Below are positions 1-8,003 of a DNA stretch of 64,000 nucleotides, one piece after another. The position numbers and the translations under genes are program-made. The notes below the pieces were generated by a model. The model was not told the DNA's origin. It worked only from the letters and a program-made list of their open reading frames with translations, and did no database searches. Each line of letters begins with the position of its first letter. Positions within the stretch are counted from its first letter, which is position 1. This stretch comes from an uncultured Planctomycetales bacterium (GTDB lineage Bacteria; 4484-113), in the NCBI GenBank assembly GCA_964554185.1, contig CAZKNJ010000003.1, forward strand, positions 2,968 to 66,967, written 5' to 3'.

Positions 1-149
1 TAACATGATTTCACTTCCGATATTCATCGCAGTTGCCGCCGCTGCAGGCTACTTGGCCCTGAGCCGTTGAGCTAGAATCCCGGCACAATCGCGTGGACCT
101 CGACCTCCACCAGCGCATCGGGGAGGGCGAGGGCAACCAGGTCACGCGG

Positions 150-860
150 CTACGGCCGCCACAAGTTGAGGGCCTCCCTGCGGGCGGCGGCTTGAGCCGA
201 GCGGAAGCGCTCCACATACTTCACATTCGGCGGGATGGTCAGAAGCTGCGCGTAGCCCCAGCGCAGAAGTTGCGCGTTGGCGAACACCGGCGCGCCGTCC
301 TGTTCGCCCTGCGTCCACAAATACGCCAGCAGGCGGCCGTAGCGGTCACGCTCCTCTACGCCGGGCTCCAGCGCGAGCCGCCGGTTCGCCAGCATCGCCG
401 CCAGAAACTCCTTCGCCGCCTCGCCGAACGGCTCGTTCTTGCCGCGGGTGATCTCTGGCGTGTCAACGCCGATGAGCCTCACCGCTTCCTCGCGCCCTTG
501 AACCAGCACCCGGATGGTGTCGCCGTCAATGATGCGCACTAGCGTGGCCGGCAGCAGCCGCTCGGGCTCCGGGGCAGCGGGCGGAACGCGTGGCTCATTC
601 TCGCCAAGTAGCGGCGGCGAGCACCGCTGGCACGGGCGCAGGCCGCGCGCAGCCGCCTCGGCAAGCGACAGTGGAATCGCTGAGTGTTGCAGCGACGGGC
701 AGCCCTCAACGTGATAGCACGCACCGGTTCTGGTCGCGTAAACGGTGATTGCGTCCGCTGTGGGTGATGCAGCGCCGCTGCCATGGGTCGCGGGCAGCAC
801 CACTGCGGCGGCAGCCAGCGCGCACGCCAGGCCGAGTAATATTGTCCTTCGCATACACAC
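150..860 (-). CDS. secreted thermonuclease (SNase fold) with N-terminal Cys/His metal-binding segment
   Basis: 236-aa ORF. N-terminal hydrophobic signal LLGLACALAAAAVVLPA. SNase signature RIIDGDTIRV...GVDTPE. Upstream CYHVEGC...CQRC segment. An alternative start MRR lies a few codons in. Confidence 0.7.
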   Translation of the reverse strand: MCMRRTILLGLACALAAAAVVLPATHGSGAASPTADAITVYATRTGACYHVEGCPSLQHSAIPLSLAEAAARGLRPCQRCSPPLLGENEPRVPPAAPEPERLLPATLVRIIDGDTIRVLVQGREEAVRLIGVDTPEITRGKNEPFGEAAKEFLAAMLANRRLALEPGVEERDRYGRLLAYLWTQGEQDGAPVFANAQLLRWGYAQLLTIPPNVKYVERFRSAQAAARREALNLWRP

Positions 861-939
861 CTCCCTGGGGGCGCTTTCTGCGCCCCGCCTCTACTCTCGC
901 TCCTGGCTCCCCACCTAGATTATACCTGAGTCCACCAGC

Positions 940-1890
940 TTAAGGCTGGCCGGGCCTTCCTGAGAACTGCGGCTGGTGCGGCTTTCGCCCCGCAACAAGC
1001 ACAAGCGGAATCTCCGACGCTAGGATTAGCTTGTCCTCCGTCAGTAATTCAAGTTGCTTCTCGGTGCTCTCCCGCATGAAGCGGGCGAACCACCTGAGGT
1101 CACGTTTCCCCACCGCAGCGATTAGCCACTCCGGCGGCTTTGTGTCTCCAACGCCCTCCAGCGCCGCCAGCCGCTGCTCCAGTTCGGCCTTCAGCGCATC
1201 CTTGCGCCGCTGCATCTGCTCGCTCTGTTCTCCCGGCAGGATAAGCGAAACCGTTTCCGCGCGCCGGGCGACAATGTCGGTGAAGCCGGCGTCCACGAAC
1301 ATCTGCACCAGCCGGCGGCCGATAAGATAGTCCCCCTCGTCCCGCTCTCGCGTCGCCTCCCAGCAGCGGAAGTAGTACTGCGAGTAGCGCTCCCAGCTGC
1401 GGTCGTCCTCCAGCCCGGCGTTATCGTAGATGGAACGGAAGGCGTTCTGCGGCTCAATGCACGCCACCAAGCCGCCCGGACGGCACACGCGCACCATTTC
1501 CGCCAGCCCCGCCTCCGGCTGCGGCAGATGCTGCAGCAGTGTCTGGCACATCACGCGGTCAAAGGATCCGTCGCCGAAGGGTAGCGCTTCCGCCGAGGCC
1601 TGCCGGAAGGTCAGGTGCTCCTTCACGCCCAGCTTCTCGGCGCGGTAGCGCGCGGAGGCGAGCAGTTTGCGGCTGACATCCACTCCTACAAACGTCCCGC
1701 CGGGCAGGACGTGCTTCATGAGGCTGAATAGCAGGTAGCCTAGGCCGGTGCCCACATCCAGGCACTTGAAGCCGGGGCGCAGCCGGAAGTGATGCTTTGC
1801 CAGATACTCCATATACTCAGGCGTGAACAGCCCTTCACGCCCCGCGCCCAGCATTCGTCGGCACTTGCTCCAATCTGGTTGAGCTTTCAT
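940..1890 (-). CDS. class I SAM-dependent methyltransferase
   Basis: 316 aa. SAM-binding motif LDVGTGLGYL and the methyltransf_11-like core FDRVMCQTLLQHLP...GGLV. Confidence 0.75.
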   Translation of the reverse strand: MKAQPDWSKCRRMLGAGREGLFTPEYMEYLAKHHFRLRPGFKCLDVGTGLGYLLFSLMKHVLPGGTFVGVDVSRKLLASARYRAEKLGVKEHLTFRQASAEALPFGDGSFDRVMCQTLLQHLPQPEAGLAEMVRVCRPGGLVACIEPQNAFRSIYDNAGLEDDRSWERYSQYYFRCWEATRERDEGDYLIGRRLVQMFVDAGFTDIVARRAETVSLILPGEQSEQMQRRKDALKAELEQRLAALEGVGDTKPPEWLIAAVGKRDLRWFARFMRESTEKQLELLTEDKLILASEIPLVLVAGRKPHQPQFSGRPGQP

Positions 1891-1914
1891 ATTATCCCCT
1901 TGTATCCGCTCGGG

Positions 1915-2925
1915 TCACGGTTCGGTGCCCGGCGACAGCAACTCGTTGCGCCGTACGAAGGCCGCAAGGAACCGGTCCAGCGCCTTGAGCTGGCTCTTGT
2001 AGGCCCGCAGCGCCTGCGACTTAAGCTTGACCGCCTGGTCGTCCAAGTCGACCTTCTGCCATATCAGGCTTTTACCCCGGGGCGGCGGCTCCAGCGGCAG
2101 CTTGGAATGCCACCCCTTGGGCGTCGGCCACTCCAGGCCGCCGTGCACAATCCACGACCGCAGGGCGCTGAGCTTGCCCCCGCGCGCGAGTAACAGCTCC
2201 ACCAGGTGCGCAGTGGCCCGGTGGTCGGGATGGGCGTCGTGGGTGGAGGGCGCAAGCACGACCGTGGGCGCCACTTCGTCCAACACCTTGTTGAAGTCAC
2301 TCTCCAGGTTCTGCGCGGTGTACGCATTGCCTGGAGTGACGGCCTGATCGTACGGCACGGCGCTGACGCGTGTGTGCCGCGAAGTAAGGGGATTATCACC
2401 GCGCTGCTCCAACAGCCGCGACAGGTCGCCGTCGGGATAGCCCAGGAAGTGCAGATTCTCTGCAGGAACGCCCAGAATCGCCACCGCCCGCTGCGATTCT
2501 TCCATCCGGCGTTGCCCGAGCTCCAACATCCGCACGTGGCCGGGGTCCGGCGTATGCGACAAGAGGATTTCGTCCCACTCAAACCCATCGCCCGAAGTCA
2601 CCCAGACGATGTGCACCCGCGCACCCGCCTTCAGCGCTTGCAGGATGCTGCCGGCGCAGGCGACCACCTCGTCGTCGGGGTGGGGTGCTACCACCAGCAA
2701 TGTATCGGCGGCTGACCACGCGGGCGCATCCTCCAGCACCGCGACCCGCGCGCTGTAGTAGGCCAGGTAGCCGAGCGACAGCAATCCGGGGGCGTTGATG
2801 ACAAGCGCGGCCAAAAGGACGATGGCGGCGGTAATCTGGAACGAGCGTTGCCTCGCCAGTTTCAGGGCCTTGGCGGCGAGGGAGGCGCCGGCTTTGTGGT
2901 TTGCCTGCAAAGTTGCCAATATCAT
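1915..2925 (-). CDS. PIG-L/LmbE family N-acetylglucosaminyl deacetylase (membrane anchored)
   Basis: 336 aa. N-terminal TM segment, then LLVVAPHPDDEVVACAGSI, the diagnostic PIG-L motif. Confidence 0.7.
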   Translation of the reverse strand: MILATLQANHKAGASLAAKALKLARQRSFQITAAIVLLAALVINAPGLLSLGYLAYYSARVAVLEDAPAWSAADTLLVVAPHPDDEVVACAGSILQALKAGARVHIVWVTSGDGFEWDEILLSHTPDPGHVRMLELGQRRMEESQRAVAILGVPAENLHFLGYPDGDLSRLLEQRGDNPLTSRHTRVSAVPYDQAVTPGNAYTAQNLESDFNKVLDEVAPTVVLAPSTHDAHPDHRATAHLVELLLARGGKLSALRSWIVHGGLEWPTPKGWHSKLPLEPPPRGKSLIWQKVDLDDQAVKLKSQALRAYKSQLKALDRFLAAFVRRNELLSPGTEP

Positions 2926-3014
2926 AGCCGCTGCCCGCCGCCGGGCTCAAGCCTATCTGGTGGTGGTGCAGGGACGGCCCCCCGGTGCTAGCCCCGGCCT
3001 CGCCCAGGTGCTAG

Positions 3015-3020
3015 TATAAT
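3015..3020 (+). promoter_or_regulatory. candidate -10 hexamer TATAAT upstream of the enoyl-CoA hydratase gene
   Basis: gctagTATAATcc lies 22 nt before the ATG at 3043. No convincing -35. Confidence 0.3.
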
Positions 3021-3042
3021 CCATCCACCAGGGGGCAAACGT

Positions 3043-3837
3043 ATGGATGTAACCCGATTCTTCACCGTTGATTTTGACGAGCCCGACGGCATCGTCACCA
3101 TCACGCTCGACCGCCAGGACGACAAGTACAACACCTTTGGCATGGCTTTCGCCCTGGCGTTGCAGGATGTCCTTACGCACTACCAGCAGAATCCCACGAT
3201 TCGGGCGATGGTGCTGACCGCCACTGGCACCAAGGTCTTTTCCACCGGCGCGGACATTGTCGGCCAGTTCACCGACCTGGACAGCATGGCGGCGCGCGAT
3301 TTCTCCTATCTGGGTCACAAGGTCTTCGCCATGCTGGAGGATGCGCCGTACATCACTCTCGCAGCCATCAACGGCTTCGCGCTGGGCGGCGGGCTGGAGA
3401 TTGCGCTGGCGTGCAACTTCCGCGTGGCCAGCAAGCGCGCCCGTCTGGGCCTGCCGGAGATCAACCTCGGAGTATTGCCGGGGTGGGGTGGCACCCAGCG
3501 GCTGCAGCGCATCGTTGGCCAGTCGCGGGCGCTGCAGATGATCCTCTCCGGCGACCCCATCAGCGCGGGGACTGCGCTCGAATGGGGGCTGGTGTCGGCG
3601 GTATTCCCGCCGGAAGAGCTGGTGGAGGGCGCCAAGAAGTTCCTGCGCCAGTTCACCTCCAAGAGCGGCGACGCCGTGCGCGTGGCCAAGCGCACCGTGG
3701 TGAATGGCGCCAAGATGCACCTGGAAGACGCGCTGAAGCTGGAAAGCGAGGGCTTCGGCCTGCTGTGGAGCGGTCCCGACCGCGAGGAGGGCGTGAAGGC
3801 CTTCCTGGAGAAGCGCAAGCCCAAGTTCACCACCTGA
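3043..3837 (+). CDS. enoyl-CoA hydratase/isomerase (crotonase family)
   Basis: 264 aa. Crotonase motifs AAINGFALGGGLEIALACNFRVA and GLPEINLGVLPGWGGTQRL. Confidence 0.85.
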   Translation: MDVTRFFTVDFDEPDGIVTITLDRQDDKYNTFGMAFALALQDVLTHYQQNPTIRAMVLTATGTKVFSTGADIVGQFTDLDSMAARDFSYLGHKVFAMLEDAPYITLAAINGFALGGGLEIALACNFRVASKRARLGLPEINLGVLPGWGGTQRLQRIVGQSRALQMILSGDPISAGTALEWGLVSAVFPPEELVEGAKKFLRQFTSKSGDAVRVAKRTVVNGAKMHLEDALKLESEGFGLLWSGPDREEGVKAFLEKRKPKFTT

Positions 3838-3840
3838 GCG

Positions 3841-4821
3841 ATGCCCACCTGTCTCATAATCGGCAAGGACGAACTGCTCATACGCGAGGAGGTGCGCAAG
3901 CTCGCGCGCAAGGTTGAGGTGGATGTTTTCCACACGGACGACGTCAAGCTGGACGCCTTCACGCAGCACGCAACCACTTCCGACCTCTTTTCCAGCGAGC
4001 GCGTGCTCTGGCTGAAGGACGTGGCGTCGCTGCCCCGCTCCAAGAAGACCGCCGATGCGCTCATTGCGCTCTGCGGGCGGGTGCCGGCGCATACGACGGT
4101 GGTGTTCTCGCAGAACATTGACTTTGGCGATGACTACCGCAAGGCGTCGGCCTTCCGCAGCAGCGCGGTGACCAAAGCGCTGGAGAAATCGGTTGACCGG
4201 ACGATTGAGCCCAAGCTCGTGGGGCGGCAGTTTCGGCGCTGGGTGCTGGCGCACGCGGAGAAAGCCTACGGCCTGCGGCTGGAGGAGCGGCAGGCCGAAG
4301 AACTGGCGCAGCTCGCGGACGAGCGTCCCGCTCTGGTGGATATGGAGCTGCGCAAGCTCTCGCTGCTGAAGAAGCCGGACGCCACCGCCAATGTGCGCGA
4401 GCCGGTTTTTCGTGCCGTAGTCTCGCGCGCCATCGGTGGCCGCATGCGCCAGCTGGTGGATGCGGCGCTGGAACGCGACAATCAGGCGTTCAACCTGGCA
4501 ATGGACGCCTCGCGCACCGAATCGCTGGGGCACGACTTCTACCGCGACTTCTACCGCGGGCTGCAACGCTTGCTGGCTATCCGCACCGATCCGCAGTTCC
4601 GCTCCCGGCCTGAGTTCAAGTCCTTGCCGCAGTTTCTAGTGGAGAAACTGCGGGCCGCCGCCCCGAAGTGGTCCACTCAGTCGCTGCTGGAAGCGCTGGC
4701 GCTGGTTACCCGCGCGGAGTTCCGGATGCGCACCGGCCGGGTGGCGGGCAAGAGCCCCCAGGCAGCGGAGTTGAATCTGCTGTTGCTGCTGTTGAAGCAA
4801 GTGTTTGCGAGTCCGTCTTAA
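3841..4821 (+). CDS. holA: DNA polymerase III delta subunit-like protein
   Basis: 326 aa, the right size for HolA. Its N-terminus (LIIGKDELLIREEV...LFSSERVLWLKD) and C-terminal helical region resemble HolA. Assigned by recall only. Confidence 0.5.
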   Translation: MPTCLIIGKDELLIREEVRKLARKVEVDVFHTDDVKLDAFTQHATTSDLFSSERVLWLKDVASLPRSKKTADALIALCGRVPAHTTVVFSQNIDFGDDYRKASAFRSSAVTKALEKSVDRTIEPKLVGRQFRRWVLAHAEKAYGLRLEERQAEELAQLADERPALVDMELRKLSLLKKPDATANVREPVFRAVVSRAIGGRMRQLVDAALERDNQAFNLAMDASRTESLGHDFYRDFYRGLQRLLAIRTDPQFRSRPEFKSLPQFLVEKLRAAAPKWSTQSLLEALALVTRAEFRMRTGRVAGKSPQAAELNLLLLLLKQVFASPS

Positions 4822-4850
4822 GCGTTACAATGGTTGGCGAGGTGAAACAT

Positions 4851-5756
4851 ATGCTCAATCGCGCGTTACTTCTGGTCCTGCTGGCGGCGCTGGCGGTGTT
4901 GCTGCTGTCCTGCAACCGAGTGCAATCCGAAGGCAAGTCCTACTCCTCAGCCGGGAAGAAGCCCGGCTCCGGCACGGTGACGGTGGCGCCGGGCACCGTG
5001 GCCGGCGGCGAGGAGCAATCCACCGATGCCACCGGAGAAGCTGCGCCGGAGGCCGGAACCGCCGTGACCGATGGCGAGACTGCCCCCGAAGCCGGCGGCG
5101 AAACCACAGAGGACACTGACGCAACGAAAGACGATGGCGCGGCGCAGGACGGTGAGCAAGCCAAGGAGGCTGAAGATAAGGGTGAAGACAGCGGAGAGGA
5201 CAAGAAAGCCGCCGATGAGGGCGAGAAGAAGCCGGAGAAGATTCCGGCCAATCAGTTGCCCTCCAGGATGCGCCAGGTGACACGCGCGATGTTCGAAACC
5301 GACAAGGGCAATTTCATTGTTGCTATTTACCCGGAGATAGCCCCCATTTCTGCGCCCCATTTCATCAACCTGATTCAAGCTGGCTTCTACGACGGCATTG
5401 TGATTCACCGCTACGACCCCGGCTATGTTGTGCAGATGGGGCTGGTTTTCGGCCCGGATGGCTCGCCGCTGTATCCCGACAGCCCGCGCAAAGCCGAACT
5501 GGCTAACGAGACCATTCCCGATGAGCCCTGCCTGTCGGAGAACACCGACATGACCGTCTCGTTCGCCAAGCCTGACATGGCCAACGGGGCGTCCTGCCAG
5601 TTCTTCGTCAATCTGAGCGACAACCGCAAGCTGGACGATTACAGCCACGGATTCACCGTCATGGGGCAGGTGATACACGGGTCCGACGCCGTGCGCAAGC
5701 TGCGCGTGGGCGACAAGATACTCCGCGCCTATGTTCTACGGGAAGGCAGCTACTAG
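4851..5756 (+). CDS. lipoprotein cyclophilin-type peptidyl-prolyl cis-trans isomerase with acidic low-complexity linker
   Basis: Signal plus lipobox MLNRALLLVLLAALAVLLLSC. E/G/T/D/A-rich linker. C-terminal cyclophilin core FETDKGNFIVAIYPEIAPISAPHFINLIQAGFYDGIVIHRY...CQFFVNL. RBS GAGGTG before the ATG at 4851. The track ORF extends upstream to 4668 in the same frame, overlapping the holA-like gene; this is probably an artefact. Confidence 0.8.
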   Translation: MLNRALLLVLLAALAVLLLSCNRVQSEGKSYSSAGKKPGSGTVTVAPGTVAGGEEQSTDATGEAAPEAGTAVTDGETAPEAGGETTEDTDATKDDGAAQDGEQAKEAEDKGEDSGEDKKAADEGEKKPEKIPANQLPSRMRQVTRAMFETDKGNFIVAIYPEIAPISAPHFINLIQAGFYDGIVIHRYDPGYVVQMGLVFGPDGSPLYPDSPRKAELANETIPDEPCLSENTDMTVSFAKPDMANGASCQFFVNLSDNRKLDDYSHGFTVMGQVIHGSDAVRKLRVGDKILRAYVLREGSY

Positions 5757-5770
5757 GTCATATCAAAGCC

Positions 5771-6817
5771 ATGGCTAAAGGAACGATGAGCGAAGGAGAG
5801 TTGCTGGGGCTGTTCCGGCGCGAGCTGGGGCTGGAGAAGCCTCACGCGCTGAATCTTGCGGGGAACACTGACGACGCGGCGCTGCTTCCCCTGGCGGCGG
5901 TGCGCAGCGGCAGCCGCTGGAGCACTGATGACTGCCTAGTGCTCACCCAGGACGGTATGGTGGAGGGCGTGCACTTCCGGCTGGACTATTTCTCTCCCGC
6001 GCAGGTGGCCTGGAAGTGCGCCGCGGTCAACCTCTCCGATATTGCCGCGATGGGGGGGGTGCCGCTGGGCGCACTGGTCTATCTCGGACTGCCGGCGAAG
6101 CATGCGGCCGAGGACTTCGCCCGCGGGTTGGCTCAAGGGCTGAAACGCTCCATGCGGCGCTTCAACTACACCATCTTCGGTGGCGATGTCACTGCTGCCC
6201 GCGACCTGACGCTCTCCATCGCGATGGCCGGGAAAGTGCGGCGCAGCCGTGCGCTCATGCGCAGCGGTGCGCAGCCTGGAGACAGTGTCCTTGTGTCGGG
6301 GCGGCTGGGGCTTGCATCGCTGGGGCTGAAGCTGTTGGAGCGCAAGCGTGAAGGTGGCAAGGGCGCGGCGGACGTCCTGATGGGCTTTCCCCAGGCGGTG
6401 AAGCGGCAGTTGGAGCCCATGCCCCGGCTCAACCTGGTTGAACTCCTCTCAATGAAGGGCTTCGCGACCAGTTGCATTGACCTCTCCGACTCGCTCGCGA
6501 AGTCGTTGCGGCTGCTGGCGGAGGAATCCCGTGTCGGCATTGAAGTTGAACTCTCAGAGAGCGTGCTGCATCCGGAGGTGCGGCACTTCTACGGAGCCAC
6601 AAGGCGTGCAGATGCCCCCCGGCTCGCGCTGGCGGCAGAAGAGGATTTTGAACTGCTGTTCACCGTTCCTTCGGAACACATCTCACGCTTCAGAAAGCTG
6701 ATGCGGCGAGGCACTATCGAGCTGGGAAGGGTAGTGGAGCAGCCCGGCGTGTGGAGCCTCGACCGTGGTAAGCGGACACCGGTAGAAGAACTCGGCTTTG
6801 AGCACTTCGGGCGCTGA
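5771..6817 (+). CDS. thiL: thiamine-monophosphate kinase (AIR synthase-related fold)
   Basis: 348 aa. ThiL-like N-terminus DDAALLP...DCLVLTQDGMVEGVHF and the GGDVTAARDLTLSIAMAG motif. Confidence 0.7.
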   Translation: MAKGTMSEGELLGLFRRELGLEKPHALNLAGNTDDAALLPLAAVRSGSRWSTDDCLVLTQDGMVEGVHFRLDYFSPAQVAWKCAAVNLSDIAAMGGVPLGALVYLGLPAKHAAEDFARGLAQGLKRSMRRFNYTIFGGDVTAARDLTLSIAMAGKVRRSRALMRSGAQPGDSVLVSGRLGLASLGLKLLERKREGGKGAADVLMGFPQAVKRQLEPMPRLNLVELLSMKGFATSCIDLSDSLAKSLRLLAEESRVGIEVELSESVLHPEVRHFYGATRRADAPRLALAAEEDFELLFTVPSEHISRFRKLMRRGTIELGRVVEQPGVWSLDRGKRTPVEELGFEHFGR

Positions 6818-6879
6818 GCGGAGTCAGCCGGCGGAGCGCACGAAACGCCCCGCCGGCGATGAGTATGCCTGCGTAGCTG

Positions 6880-7803
6880 CTACTTGATGCGGTAACGTGC
6901 GACCGCGGGATTCACGTAAGGATCTTTGTCCTTCTCGTAAATATAGAAGCCCTTGCCGCTCTTCATTCCCAGGTAGCCCGCCTCCACCAGCCGCTTGAGC
7001 AGCGCCGTCGCCTTGTACGGGCTGCCGAACTCGGCTTCCAGCACGTCGCAGACGGCAACGCATACATCCAGCCCCACGTAGTCCATCGTGGTGATGGGGC
7101 CCATGCGGTGGCCCAGGCAGAGCGTGGTCTTGTCCGCGTCCTCCACGCTCATAATGCCCTCTTCCACCACGCGCGCCGCCTCGTTCACGAACGGGATGAA
7201 CATGCGGTTGATGCCGAAGCCGGCCTTGTCTTCAGCGGGAATCGGCGTCTTGCCCATGTCTCCGCACAACGCGACGATGGTGTTGTACATCTCGTCGCCG
7301 GTGAGCAGGCCGCGGATAATTTCCACTCCCACCTGGATGGGCACGGGATTCATGAAGTGCATACCCATAAAGCGCGTGGGGTCATGGTAGTTGCTGGCCA
7401 GGCGCGTGATGGAGATGGAGCTTGTATTGGTGGCAATCTTGCCGTCGAAGCCCTTCTTCTCCAACTCCTGCAGTATCTTGGCCTTAACGTCGTAGTCCTC
7501 GAATACTGCTTCAATGATGATGTCGCGGTCGAGCAGCTCGTCCACCTTGGAGCTGCCCTTCAAGCGCGCGGCGGACTCGTCGCGGTGCTCCTGGGTGATG
7601 CCGCGTTTGCCCTCGGACTTCTCGTAGGAAGCGACCAGCTTGTCCAGGCTTTTGTGAATGCGGGCCAGCCCCTTGTTGACGACCTCCTCGTTTACATCAA
7701 CCACAATCGTGTCAAAGCCAGATGTGGCGGAGACCTGCGCGATGCCCGACCCCATGGTGCCGATGCCGAGTACGCCGATCTTCTCAATACCGGATGACGA
7801 CAT
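6880..7803 (-). CDS. 3-hydroxybutyryl-CoA/3-hydroxyacyl-CoA dehydrogenase
   Basis: NAD-binding motif IGVLGIGTMGSGIAQV and a C-terminal 3HCDH domain. ATG at 7803 is preceded by AAGGAGG. The track ORF runs on to 7884 but lacks an RBS there. Confidence 0.85.
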   Translation of the reverse strand: MSSSGIEKIGVLGIGTMGSGIAQVSATSGFDTIVVDVNEEVVNKGLARIHKSLDKLVASYEKSEGKRGITQEHRDESAARLKGSSKVDELLDRDIIIEAVFEDYDVKAKILQELEKKGFDGKIATNTSSISITRLASNYHDPTRFMGMHFMNPVPIQVGVEIIRGLLTGDEMYNTIVALCGDMGKTPIPAEDKAGFGINRMFIPFVNEAARVVEEGIMSVEDADKTTLCLGHRMGPITTMDYVGLDVCVAVCDVLEAEFGSPYKATALLKRLVEAGYLGMKSGKGFYIYEKDKDPYVNPAVARYRIK

Positions 7804-8003
7804 AGTACCCCTCCTTACCGGTTTGGGTTTTAAGGCGATTATAGCATGTGAAAACAATCGCAAGTAGCAAGCACACAAACGCAAATGACCTTTTCCAAGC
7901 GGGTATCACATATTCGTCACGCCGCATACCAAGAATCTAAATCGGTGGTAAAATACAACATCGCAGCGGCCTCCAGGGAGAGGCCATACAGGAGGTAGAT
8001 CAC

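Noticed and set aside
5-70. 21-codon hydrophobic ORF at the window edge
   Set aside because: Too short to support. It may be the 3' end of a truncated upstream gene in another frame.
93-542. 149-aa plus-strand ORF
   Set aside because: Antisense to the thermonuclease gene. No motifs.
2953-4566. 537-aa ORF on the minus strand spanning the enoyl-CoA hydratase and holA-like genes. Similar long antisense ORFs occur at 22197-23561, 23718-24788, 33101-34069, 35203-35955, 36001-36840, 40186-41088, 42534-43808, 47721-48596, 51191-52354 and 54378-55223.
   Set aside because: High GC suppresses stop codons on the antisense strand. Each overlaps a gene with clear homology on the opposite strand. Their translations are Arg/Ala/Gly/Pro-rich low-complexity sequence with no motifs.
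4668-4850. N-terminal extension of the PPIase ORF overlapping the holA-like gene
   Set aside because: The extension is in a different frame from the holA-like gene and lacks an RBS. The lipoprotein signal peptide begins at the Met at 4851, which has its own RBS.
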